From NCBI GenBank assembly GCA_049670445.1, contig JBATTI010000162.1:1-43386 (forward strand): 43,386 nt of DNA, read 5' to 3'. This document shows positions 30,497 through 39,195 of the stretch, one piece after another. How positions within the stretch are numbered: the first letter of the stretch is position 1; every line of letters begins with the position of its first letter. The DNA is from Albidovulum sp. GTDB lineage: Bacteria > Pseudomonadota > Alphaproteobacteria > Rhodobacterales > Rhodobacteraceae. The position numbers were made by a program, and so were the translations under genes. The notes under the pieces were generated by a model that worked only from the letters and a program-made list of their open reading frames with translations, had not been told where the DNA came from and searched no databases.

Positions 30497-31225
30497 TTAA
30501 ACCTCTCCGAAAAGGCGGGCCGAAACCGACCCAATGTGTTTTCGCATCGCATCATGTGCAGCATGCGGATCGCGCCCCTCAATTGCCGAAGCAATCAGGT
30601 CATGTTCGGCGAAACTTCTATGATCGGCCGTCGGGCGGGCGGTTGCGCGCACCACGGCACCCCCCGACACCGCACGGCGCACCGCGTTGAACTGGTCAAA
30701 CAATGTCAAAAGCAGGATATTATCCGACGCCTTCGCCACCTCGCGGTGAAACAGGTCATCTTGTGTTTCATATTCCGACCATGTCGTCGCTGCGCGCGAT
30801 GCCGCAATCGCGTTCTTCATACGCGCGATGGCGCTGCTTGAGGCGTGAATCGCCGCCTCTCTGGCCAAAGCCGGTTCAACGCAAAGGCGCGCCTGAATCA
30901 TCCGGACCGGCGTCATCTGCTGGCTCAGCTCGTCAATGGCGCGGGCGCTTGCCGGGCCGCCCTGCCCCGACACGAAAGTCCCCTTGCCCACATGGCGCCA
31001 GATTGCGCCCTCATGCTCCAGCGCATCCAGCGCCTTGCGCAGCGCGCTGCGGCTCATGCCCAATGCGACAATCAGGTCGCGCTCTGACGGCAGCCGGTCG
31101 CCCGACGCGTATTTCCCGCCTTCAATGAACGCGCGCAAAACCGACACGCCGCTGCGGTGCTCCGATCGCCCGGATGACGGCGCGGACGCTCCAGATTCGA
31201 CTGATTGGTTGACCAAATTATCCAT
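30497..31225 (-). CDS. GntR/FadR-family transcriptional regulator
   Basis: GDRLPSERDL..ALGMSRSALRKAL, RHVGKGTFV, FCD domain (DDLFH, EHDLI, MRKH). Start position uncertain. Confidence 0.9.
   Translation of the reverse strand: MDNLVNQSVESGASAPSSGRSEHRSGVSVLRAFIEGGKYASGDRLPSERDLIVALGMSRSALRKALDALEHEGAIWRHVGKGTFVSGQGGPASARAIDELSQQMTPVRMIQARLCVEPALAREAAIHASSSAIARMKNAIAASRAATTWSEYETQDDLFHREVAKASDNILLLTLFDQFNAVRRAVSGGAVVRATARPTADHRSFAEHDLIASAIEGRDPHAAHDAMRKHIGSVSARLFGEV
31204..31218. promoter_or_regulatory. Candidate FadR-type operator
   Basis: ATTGGTTGACCAAAT (TTGGT-N2-ACCAA), the classic FadR-subfamily shape. Half-sites recur at 31226, 31285 and 31327. Confidence 0.6.
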
Positions 31226-31356
31226 ATTGGTTCCTTTATAACTGATCAATCGCCCCTTTCAACTGATTTTACGCGCCAAAACACATTGGTTGCGATTGAT
31301 CTATGGCCGGAACTCACCTAACCTCAGACCAAATACCGTGCAATTTGGAGCCTCAC

Positions 31357-32043
31357 ATGACCGAATACGTGATCGAAACACCGCCTGTTGTCGCCCTGCC
31401 AGTGGTTGGAACAGAGGCAAGATTTCCGGTGCGCCGCGTCTATTGCATCGGGCGCAACTACGCCGCTCACGCTATTGAAATGGGTCACGATCCAGATCGT
31501 GAGGATCCGTTTTTCTTCCAGAAGAACCCGGACAACCTCGATGTGTCGGGCGTATTCCCCTATCCGCCAAAGTCCAGCGACGTGCATCACGAAGCCGAAT
31601 TGATCGTGGCCCTGAAATCCGGCGGCACCAACATCGCTTTGGGCGACGCGCTCAACCACGTCTTTGGCTATGCATTGTCATTGGACATGACGCGCCGCGA
31701 TCTTCAGGGCATGCAAAAGAAAATGGGGCGGCCCTGGGAAATCGGCAAAGCCTTCGAAAAATCCGCCCCCTGCGGCCCGCTGCACCCTGTCTCCGAGGTG
31801 GGGCACCTTGATCATGGCCGCCTTGAGCTGACGGTGAACGGCGCTGTGCGGCAAGAGGCTGACCTCAATCAGATGATCTGGAAAGTGCCCGAGATGATCT
31901 CGTATCTGTCCGAATATTTTGAGCTTGCCGCAGGCGACATCATCATGTCGGGCACCCCGTCGGGTGTGGCCGCGGTCGAAAAAGGCGATGTCATGGTTAT
32001 GACCATCGAGGGGCTTGGACGTCTGGAAGTCAAGGTCACGTAA
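31357..32043 (+). CDS. Fumarylacetoacetate hydrolase family (fumarylpyruvate/acylpyruvate hydrolase type)
   Basis: VYCIGRNYAAHAIEMG, FFFQK, HHEAEL, LDMTRRDLQ, PWEIGKAF, SGTPSGV; GGAG RBS before MTEYV. Confidence 0.9.
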   Translation: MTEYVIETPPVVALPVVGTEARFPVRRVYCIGRNYAAHAIEMGHDPDREDPFFFQKNPDNLDVSGVFPYPPKSSDVHHEAELIVALKSGGTNIALGDALNHVFGYALSLDMTRRDLQGMQKKMGRPWEIGKAFEKSAPCGPLHPVSEVGHLDHGRLELTVNGAVRQEADLNQMIWKVPEMISYLSEYFELAAGDIIMSGTPSGVAAVEKGDVMVMTIEGLGRLEVKVT

Positions 32044-32074
32044 GCCGGGGCTGGCTTTCGTTGGGGAGGACGGG

Positions 32075-33061
32075 ATGCTGAAATTAACGCTGGGAACCTG
32101 GGATCATGACCGCGTGATGGCGCTTCATGATGGCCGCGCCGAGGTTCCCGGCGTCCAGCTTGCCTGTGAGATCCACCCAACCTCCAAGCTCTTTCCTTTG
32201 GCGGTTCAAGAGGCGCGGTTCGACATCACCGAAATGTCGGTCTCCAGCTATATCGTGCAATTGTCGCGCGGCGGGTCGGACTATACGGCGATCCCGGCGT
32301 TTGTCAGCCGCGCCTTTCGGCACAACGGGTTCTTTGCGCGCGCCGGGTCTGGGATAGAAAGCCCGGCGGATTTCGCCGGCCGCAGGATCGGTGTGCCCGA
32401 ATACCAGATGACCGCCGCCCTTTGGATGCGCGGCATATTGGCGGATGAATATGGGGTGGATTGCGACCGGGTCCACTGGCGCACCGGCGCGCTTGACGCT
32501 GGTGTGCGCCGCGAACGGCTGGAACTGCGCCTGCCCGATGGCATGCGGGTGGAACCGATCCTTGAAGGCGACAGCTTGCAAGACATGCTGCTGCGCGGTG
32601 AGATTGACGGGCTGCTGGCCCCCAAACCACCACAGGCGTTTTTGGACGGTCATCCCGATCTGATCCGGCTTATCCCCGATTTTGAGACGGCCGAGCAGGC
32701 CTATCACCAAAAGACCGGATTTTTTCCGATCATGCACCTGATAGGCGTCCGTAAATCTTTGGCCGACGCCCATCCGGCCCTTGTCCGCGACCTTTACAAC
32801 GGCTTCGTCACGGCGCGTGACCTCGCGATGGAAAGGTTGCGCTCGGTCTGGCTGGGCAATGCCAACCGGCTGACTTTGCCGTGGCTCGGGGCCTCAATGG
32901 AGCGCACGATCGCAGCCCTGGGCCCTGACTACTGGACCTATGGCTTTGGTGCCAACCGCGCCGAGATCGACGCCATCTGCCGCTATTCACTGGGCCAGCA
33001 TCTGGCCGCGTGCCGGGTCGAACCCGAAGCGCTTTTTCACCCCTCAGTGCTGGACACGTAA
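32075..33061 (+). CDS. 4,5-dihydroxyphthalate decarboxylase-like protein (periplasmic-binding fold, no signal peptide)
   Basis: FDITEMSVSSY, AIPAFVSRAFRH, RIGVPEYQMTAALWMRGIL, TGFFPIMH, DYWTYG. True substrate unknown. Confidence 0.8.
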   Translation: MLKLTLGTWDHDRVMALHDGRAEVPGVQLACEIHPTSKLFPLAVQEARFDITEMSVSSYIVQLSRGGSDYTAIPAFVSRAFRHNGFFARAGSGIESPADFAGRRIGVPEYQMTAALWMRGILADEYGVDCDRVHWRTGALDAGVRRERLELRLPDGMRVEPILEGDSLQDMLLRGEIDGLLAPKPPQAFLDGHPDLIRLIPDFETAEQAYHQKTGFFPIMHLIGVRKSLADAHPALVRDLYNGFVTARDLAMERLRSVWLGNANRLTLPWLGASMERTIAALGPDYWTYGFGANRAEIDAICRYSLGQHLAACRVEPEALFHPSVLDT

Positions 33062-33065
33062 CGCC

Positions 33066-33845
33066 ATGATGGACGCATTGCATGCAGGGCTTGGCTGGCC
33101 GGTCGCAGGAACGCTTCTGGCGTTCAGCTTCGCGGGCTCTTTCATCACCGTCGCCTTCGGAATTGGCGGCGGCGCGGTGATGCTGGCGGTGATGGCAACC
33201 CTGCTTCCGGCGGCTGCAATCATCCCCGTACACGGGCTGGTGCAACTGGGCAGCAATGTCGGGCGCGGCGCGATCATGGCGAAACACATGCGGCTGGATC
33301 TGCTGGGCGGTTTCACTTTGGGCGCCGTGATCGGGATTGTCCTTGGCGGCAGCTTCGTGGTGCAGCTTCAGGCGGGATGGATTCAGGTTGGGGTTGGTCT
33401 GTTCATCCTATGGTCAATACTTGCAAAGCCCCCCGCATTCTTGCGCAGGTCGGGGCTGGTCACCGGCGCCTTTTCCAGCTTTCTGACCATGTTTTTCGGC
33501 GGCACCGGGCCATTCGTTGCCACTTACGTCAAGGCGCAGCAGCTGGAGCGTCACGCCCATGTCGCCAATCATGCGATGCTGATGACCGTGCAGCACCTTC
33601 TTAAGACGCTGGCCTTTGGGTTTCTTGGCTTTGCCTTCTCGACCTGGGCCGGATTGATCGCGCTGATGATCGCCTTTGGCGTGCTGGGCACGCTGACGGG
33701 CCGGCTCATGCTGGCGCGGATTGACGAGCGGCGCTTCAAACTCGCCCTGAATGCAATTCTCGCCCTTCTTGCTGTTCGCCTTATCTACGCCGGGGCAACC
33801 GAACTGTTTTTTTGGGGGGGCGAAGCCGCTGGCCAAGACCAATAG
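33066..33845 (+). CDS. TauE/SafE (TSUP) family membrane exporter
   Basis: GSFITVAFGIGGG and second repeat SSFLTMFFGGTGPF; about 8 hydrophobic segments. Confidence 0.82.
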   Translation: MMDALHAGLGWPVAGTLLAFSFAGSFITVAFGIGGGAVMLAVMATLLPAAAIIPVHGLVQLGSNVGRGAIMAKHMRLDLLGGFTLGAVIGIVLGGSFVVQLQAGWIQVGVGLFILWSILAKPPAFLRRSGLVTGAFSSFLTMFFGGTGPFVATYVKAQQLERHAHVANHAMLMTVQHLLKTLAFGFLGFAFSTWAGLIALMIAFGVLGTLTGRLMLARIDERRFKLALNAILALLAVRLIYAGATELFFWGGEAAGQDQ

Positions 33846-33915
33846 CGCGCGCAGACGAGTGCACCGCACGCGGAAAAGATGATGAACTGCACTCATACCT
33901 ATCTGGGAGGATAAA

Positions 33916-34917
33916 ATGACAAAGTTTCTAAATCTAAGCCGCCGCAGCTTTCTGGGAACCGGCGCTGCCGCAACCGGGGCCTTGCTAGCCGCGCCGCATC
34001 TTGCCCGTGCCGCAGATTATCCCGAGGGCAATATCAACGTCTACATTCCGACCGCCGAGGGCGGTGGCGCCGACCGCAACTTCCGCGCATTTTCAAGCGT
34101 GTGGAAAACCAAGTTGGGGACGGATTTTGAACCGGCCTTTTACCCCGGTGCCTCGGGCCGCGTCGGATATGAGATCTACATGGGCAAGGCTGCGCCCGAT
34201 TGCTACAATCTGATCTTCGGCAATATGGGGCCAGAGGTGCTGAACTGGGCCATGCAAGAACCCAGCTTTGACGTGAACGACTATTTCTACTTTGGTCAGG
34301 TCGACAAAGACCCCTGTTGCCTGTTCGTCGGGGCGGAAAGCCCGCTCAAAACCATGGATGACATCATCGCGGCGGCCAAGACCCGTAAACTGAACGTCGG
34401 CACCAGCCGCATGGCCCACCCTGCCTCAATCGGCCTGCTTGCGCTTGGCGATAAGCTGGGCGTCGAATTCAATCTGATCCCGCTTCGGGGCGGCAAGGGC
34501 ACCGTCGCCGGTGCGGTCACCGGCGAGGTTGATTTCTCGGTTCTGACTTCGGGGTCGGTTATCGCCGCGGGCGACAGCGTCAAGACGCTGCTGGTCTTTG
34601 GCAATAACATCGTCGGCGAAGCGCTGGACAATGCGCCGGGCATCAATGACGCCTATGGGATGGACCTGCCGGAAATGCTTTCGGCGCGGGCCTTCGGCAT
34701 CCACAAGAAGGCGGCGGATGACCACCCGGATCGTTTTGAGAAACTGACCTCAACCTTCAAGGCCACTTTCGACGACCCGGCGTTGTTGGAAGCCTATATC
34801 GCCAGCAAAGGTCAGCCCGAATACCTGATCTATGCCGGTGTCGAGGAATGCGAAGCCTTCAAGCAATCGATGCTGGAACTTGGCGCACGCTACAAATCGC
34901 TTCTTAGCGGCGCGTAA
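33916..34917 (+). CDS. tctC: Tripartite tricarboxylate transporter substrate-binding protein (TctC/Bug) with Tat signal
   Basis: SRRSFL Tat motif, DYPEGNI, GGGAD, PGASG, IPLRGG...GEVD; followed by TctB and TctA. Confidence 0.85.
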   Translation: MTKFLNLSRRSFLGTGAAATGALLAAPHLARAADYPEGNINVYIPTAEGGGADRNFRAFSSVWKTKLGTDFEPAFYPGASGRVGYEIYMGKAAPDCYNLIFGNMGPEVLNWAMQEPSFDVNDYFYFGQVDKDPCCLFVGAESPLKTMDDIIAAAKTRKLNVGTSRMAHPASIGLLALGDKLGVEFNLIPLRGGKGTVAGAVTGEVDFSVLTSGSVIAAGDSVKTLLVFGNNIVGEALDNAPGINDAYGMDLPEMLSARAFGIHKKAADDHPDRFEKLTSTFKATFDDPALLEAYIASKGQPEYLIYAGVEECEAFKQSMLELGARYKSLLSGA

Positions 34918-34925
34918 GGCGCGAT

Positions 34926-34954
34926 GGATTGGCGGCGGATGGTGCCGCCGATCC
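34926..34954 (+). terminator. Intercistronic stem-loop after tctC
   Basis: GGATTGGCGGC-N7-GCCGCCGATCC, an 11-bp stem with one U-G wobble in the plus-strand mRNA. Confidence 0.55.
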
Positions 34955-34991
34955 CCGACCCATCCAAACCGCATACGAGGATACCCGTCAC

Positions 34992-35504
34992 ATGCCATCG
35001 GACAAAAATTCATCGCCGCGCCAGATCGGGGGCGAACTGGTCATTCCCCTGATCGCCGTGGTCTTTACCGGGTATTTCTTCTCGACCATCTGGAATTCGC
35101 CGTGGACCGCGCAGGTCAGCGCCTTCCTTGTGGGTGGCATATTGCTGTTTGTCTGCGCAATCTTCTTTCTGCGCTGTGTGGTTTGGTTGCGACGGGGTCA
35201 GGGAACGCTTGGCTTTGGCAATCTGGTTACGATGGATGACATTCGCACCGGGCGGATCGGGCTCTTTGCCACGACACTCGCCTATGTCGCATTGATTGAC
35301 CGGCTGGGCTTCACGCTGACCACCTTCCTGTTTCTGGCCGGCAGCATGCTGATCCTGGCCAAAGGGGCGCGCGCGGGGTTCATTGTGCTGATCTCGGCCC
35401 TCATGGCGCTGACCGGCTGGGCGGTGTTCATCTGGGCCTTCGACACACGCTTCCCCCGCGGCTGGTTTGAGACAACGATGAAGGCGGTGCTTGCCAATGG
35501 ATAG
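34992..35504 (+). CDS. tctB: TTT small transmembrane subunit
   Basis: About 170 aa, 4-5 TM segments, YVALIDRLGF, FDTRFPRG. Confidence 0.82.
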   Translation: MPSDKNSSPRQIGGELVIPLIAVVFTGYFFSTIWNSPWTAQVSAFLVGGILLFVCAIFFLRCVVWLRRGQGTLGFGNLVTMDDIRTGRIGLFATTLAYVALIDRLGFTLTTFLFLAGSMLILAKGARAGFIVLISALMALTGWAVFIWAFDTRFPRGWFETTMKAVLANG

Positions 35505-37011
35505 CACGACAGCCGCCATTCTGGCCGAGGTCCTGATCGAGACGATCGGCTATTGGTACGTCATCATCCCCACGATCTTCCTGGGGCTGATCGTCGGGGG
35601 CATCCCCGGCTTTTCAGCCGCCAACACCATCATCATCCTGATGCCGTTGACCTTGGCGATGAACCTGCAGACGGGTCTGGTCTTCATGATCGCCCTTTAT
35701 TGTTCGGCGCGCATGGGGGCGGGCATTCCGGCCATTCTGGTCAACATTCCCGGCACCGCCGGGGCCGCCGCCACACCGCTTGATGGCTATCCGATGGCCA
35801 AACAGGGCAAGGGGCAGCAAGCCCTGGCGATCTCATTTGTGGCCTCGTGCATCGGGGGTCTGCTGACCACCATGATCGCGCTGGCGACCATGCCGATCCT
35901 TGCGCGGGTGGGGTTTTACATGCACTCGGTCGAAATGATCGTGGTCATGCTGTTTGGCATCTCGCTGATCGCCTCTATTGCGGCGCAAGATATGGTCAAG
36001 GGGCTGATTGCGGGCTTTTTGGGCCTGATGATTGGATCCATCGGCACCGATGTCGTCTATGCCACGCCGCGCGGCACCTTCGGTTTTCTGGAGCTTTATG
36101 ACGGGGTTCCCCTGATCCCGGCACTGGTTGGCCTGTTCGCCGTGTCCGAGGCCTTTGTGATCATCGAAAAACGTGTGATCATCAGCCACGAGGCCGAGGT
36201 CAAGACGGCCAGTTGGCAGGCAACATTCGAAGGTGTGTCCATCGCCCTGAACCGCTGGTGGCACATTGTCTGGACCTCGCTCATCGGCCTTGTCATCGGG
36301 GTGATCCCCGGCGCCGGTGCCTCCATCGCCAGCTTTGTCGCCTATCAGCAATCGCGCAGCTTCTCCAAAACGCCCGAGCTTTACGGGACCGGCCACCCCG
36401 AGGGGCTGATCGCACCGGAATCGGCCAATAACGGCGTAACCTCTGGCACGTTGGTCCCCCTTCTGGTCCTTGGCATACCGGGCGGTGCAACCGCCGCGAT
36501 CATGTTGGTGGTGATGCAGTTCCACGGCGTCAGCTTTGGCCCCTCCTTGTTCGAGGATCAGCCAAAGGTCGGCTACGGCATGTTCATGGCCATGGCCGTC
36601 AGCTATGTGGTGATGATCTTCACGATCCTGCCGCTCAGCCGTTACATGAGCCATGTGACGACAATCCCCACCATCTACCTCGCGCCGATGATCATCAGCT
36701 TTACCCTCGTCGGTGGCTTCGTTCCGCGCGAATATATGTTCGACATGTATCTTGCCCTTGCCTTCGGGGTGCTGGGCTATATCGCGCGCCGCACCGGCTA
36801 TCATGTGGCCGCCATCCTGATCGGGGTCATCCTTGGGCCGCTGTTGGAAAAGTACTTTTTGTGGTCGCTCAAGAAATCCGACGGCGACATCATGATTTTG
36901 TTCTCGTCAACGCTGGGCAATATCCTTTGGGTGGCCTTCGCCGCGTCGATCATCCTGCCCATTGTCTTTGGCATCAGGCGCAAACGCAAAAGCGAGGTTC
37001 CGATCCAATGA
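35497..37011 (+). CDS. tctA: TTT large permease subunit
   Basis: GGIPGF, ILVNIPGT, DGYPMAKQG, APESANN, LGIPGG, GVILGPLLE. Confidence 0.93.
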   Translation: MDSTTAAILAEVLIETIGYWYVIIPTIFLGLIVGGIPGFSAANTIIILMPLTLAMNLQTGLVFMIALYCSARMGAGIPAILVNIPGTAGAAATPLDGYPMAKQGKGQQALAISFVASCIGGLLTTMIALATMPILARVGFYMHSVEMIVVMLFGISLIASIAAQDMVKGLIAGFLGLMIGSIGTDVVYATPRGTFGFLELYDGVPLIPALVGLFAVSEAFVIIEKRVIISHEAEVKTASWQATFEGVSIALNRWWHIVWTSLIGLVIGVIPGAGASIASFVAYQQSRSFSKTPELYGTGHPEGLIAPESANNGVTSGTLVPLLVLGIPGGATAAIMLVVMQFHGVSFGPSLFEDQPKVGYGMFMAMAVSYVVMIFTILPLSRYMSHVTTIPTIYLAPMIISFTLVGGFVPREYMFDMYLALAFGVLGYIARRTGYHVAAILIGVILGPLLEKYFLWSLKKSDGDIMILFSSTLGNILWVAFAASIILPIVFGIRRKRKSEVPIQ

Positions 37012-38267
37012 AACGTGAATTGACATGGCAACTGGAACGCAACATCCGCCGCCTTGGGCATTTGGATATCGCGGGCGGCGGGCAGGTCGTGGTGCAGGAT
37101 GGCTACGCCTATATCGGCCATATGGATCCGCCGATGGGCACCTCGATCATTGATGTGCGCAACCCGAAGTCCCCCCGTGTCGTCGCACATCTGGCGCCGC
37201 CGGATCACTGGTCACACACCCACAAGGTCCGCGTCGCCGGTAACATCATGATCACCAATGTCGAACAGGCCAAGCGCCACTTCTTGCGCAAGGGCGACAA
37301 GCTCGCCGGATTGCGGGCCGAGGGTCTGTCAGAGGCCCAGATCGCCGACAGGCTAAGCGTGAAGCCGTCGCAAATCCCCGAACTGGATGAGGCGGTAAAG
37401 CGCGGCTACCACGATGGCGGCTTTCGCGTCTGGGACATTTCGGACAAAAGCGCGCCGAAACTTCTGTCTTACGTCCGCACCCATGGCTTTGGGGCCCATA
37501 GGTTCGATATGGACAAGAATTACGCCTATATTTCCACCGAAATGAAGGGGTATGTCGGAAATATCCTGGTGATTTACGATCTGGCGGATCCGACCAACCC
37601 CACCGAAGTGTCACGCTGGCACATGCCGGGCCAACATATTGCCGGCGGTGAGACCCCGACATGGACAGGCTACGGCACCCGCCTGCACCACGCCATGCGC
37701 TGCGGGGATGAACTTTGGGCCGCCGTCTGGAATGCCGGCTACCGCGTGCTTGACGCGCGCGACATCACCAACCCGAAGGTCATCGGCAGCTACCGCTTCC
37801 CCGAGGCGATCCCCGAACCGACCCATACGGTCATGCCGCTGGAACAGCGGATCGACGGCAAACGCTTTGCCATCGCTATAGATGAGGAACACGCCCACCA
37901 GCCCGGCCGCCTGCACGGCTTTATCTGGATCATGGATGTGACCTATCTGAACACTATGGAACCCATCGCCGCCTGGGATCTGTCTGAACGCGCCTGCCCA
38001 TGGATCGGCGATCCCGGCGCACGGTTTGGCGGGCATCAGTTCCGCGAAAAACTCGACAGCACGCTCGTCTATGCGACGTGGTTCGCCGGCGGCTTGCGCG
38101 TGCTTGACCTGGCCAACCCCTATGCGCCCAAGGAGGTTGCGCATTACATGGTGCCCGGCCCCGATGGCACACCGCCGCAATCCAACGATGTGGACGTCGA
38201 TGACACCGGCCTGATCTACCTGCTTGACCGCAACCATGGCCTCGACATTCTGGAGATGACCCTATGA
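37008..38267 (+). CDS. LVIVD-repeat beta-propeller protein, His-rich, with an HTH-like insert; function unknown
   Basis: Repeats such as YAYI...SIIDVRNP, FRVWDISD, LVIYDLADP, YRVLDARD, LRVLDLANP. No signal peptide. ATGA overlap with tctA. Confidence 0.8.
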   Translation: MKRELTWQLERNIRRLGHLDIAGGGQVVVQDGYAYIGHMDPPMGTSIIDVRNPKSPRVVAHLAPPDHWSHTHKVRVAGNIMITNVEQAKRHFLRKGDKLAGLRAEGLSEAQIADRLSVKPSQIPELDEAVKRGYHDGGFRVWDISDKSAPKLLSYVRTHGFGAHRFDMDKNYAYISTEMKGYVGNILVIYDLADPTNPTEVSRWHMPGQHIAGGETPTWTGYGTRLHHAMRCGDELWAAVWNAGYRVLDARDITNPKVIGSYRFPEAIPEPTHTVMPLEQRIDGKRFAIAIDEEHAHQPGRLHGFIWIMDVTYLNTMEPIAAWDLSERACPWIGDPGARFGGHQFREKLDSTLVYATWFAGGLRVLDLANPYAPKEVAHYMVPGPDGTPPQSNDVDVDDTGLIYLLDRNHGLDILEMTL

Positions 38268-38737
38268 GCGATCCCGACCTTCTGGCCCCCAGCGTCGACC
38301 CGACCAAGAAAGCCCTCGGTATCCGCCGCGTAAGCGCGCGCAACGAGGCATCGACCCGTTCTGTGATGATGGTGCGCGACCATGTGGTGATCACGGATGA
38401 GAAAGAATCCAACACCGGACCGACGCCGCTGGAGATGACGCTGTCGTCCCTCTTGGGCTGCGAGGGCGTGATCATCAATCGCTGCGCTGAGGCGATGAAA
38501 TTCAGCTACACCGCCGTGGATATGGAAGCTGACGGCGAAGTGGACCAGCGCGGCAGTCGCGGCGTTCAGGGCGTGCGGCCCTATTTCAACTGGGTGAAAC
38601 TGAAAATCCGCGTCCATACTGACGAGCCCCAGGAACGCTTCGACCGTCTCACCAAAAATGTTGAATATCGCTGCCCGGTCATGAACCTGTTCAAATCCGC
38701 CGATGTCGATGTCCAGATCACCTGGGAGCGTATCTAG
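38264..38737 (+). CDS. OsmC/Ohr-family protein
   Basis: TDE, GPTPLEM.LSSLLGC and YRCPV: both conserved Cys are present. Confidence 0.85.
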   Translation: MSDPDLLAPSVDPTKKALGIRRVSARNEASTRSVMMVRDHVVITDEKESNTGPTPLEMTLSSLLGCEGVIINRCAEAMKFSYTAVDMEADGEVDQRGSRGVQGVRPYFNWVKLKIRVHTDEPQERFDRLTKNVEYRCPVMNLFKSADVDVQITWERI

Positions 38738-38739
38738 CC

Positions 38740-39195
38740 GTGACCCTGCAGCTGACCATCAACGGCAAAAGCTATAAGATCCGCTCAAAGCCTGACACGC
38801 CGTTGATCTATGTCTTGCGCGATGAGTTGGGGCTGAAAGGCACCAAGCTTGGCTGCGGGTTGGAGCAATGCGGCGCCTGCGCGGTGCTGGTGGACGGGCA
38901 ACCGGTTCTGTCTTGCGTCAGCGCGGTTGAGGCATTCAGCGCCAAGGACATCACCACCATCGAGGGCATATCAGCCAGTGAAATCGGCCGCCGCGTCCAG
39001 CACGCGTTTGTCGAAACCTCGGCGGCGCAATGCGGGTATTGCACCGCGGGTCTTGTGGTGGCCGCCACCGCCCTTCTGACGCGCACCCCCGCGCCGGACA
39101 CCGGCACCATCACCCGCGCACTGACCCCGCATCTGTGCCGCTGCGGGTCGCACCCTCGGGTCATGCGCGCCGTAAAGCTGGCATCCATCCCATGA
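38740..39195 (+). CDS. (2Fe-2S) small subunit of a Mo hydroxylase (IorA/NicA-like)
   Basis: GTKLGCGLEQCGAC.VLVDG...SC, QCGYC, HLCRCG; GTG start. Confidence 0.93.
   Translation: MTLQLTINGKSYKIRSKPDTPLIYVLRDELGLKGTKLGCGLEQCGACAVLVDGQPVLSCVSAVEAFSAKDITTIEGISASEIGRRVQHAFVETSAAQCGYCTAGLVVAATALLTRTPAPDTGTITRALTPHLCRCGSHPRVMRAVKLASIP

Noticed and set aside
33807..33820. T7G7 homopolymer run as a possible phase-variation site in tauE
   Set aside because: It lies in the last ~12 codons, after the final TM helix, so slippage would change only the tail; the runs are also short.
37008..38267. Calling the LVIVD protein a sigma-70 factor because of its HTH-like segment
   Set aside because: No sigma region 2; most of the protein is beta-propeller repeats.
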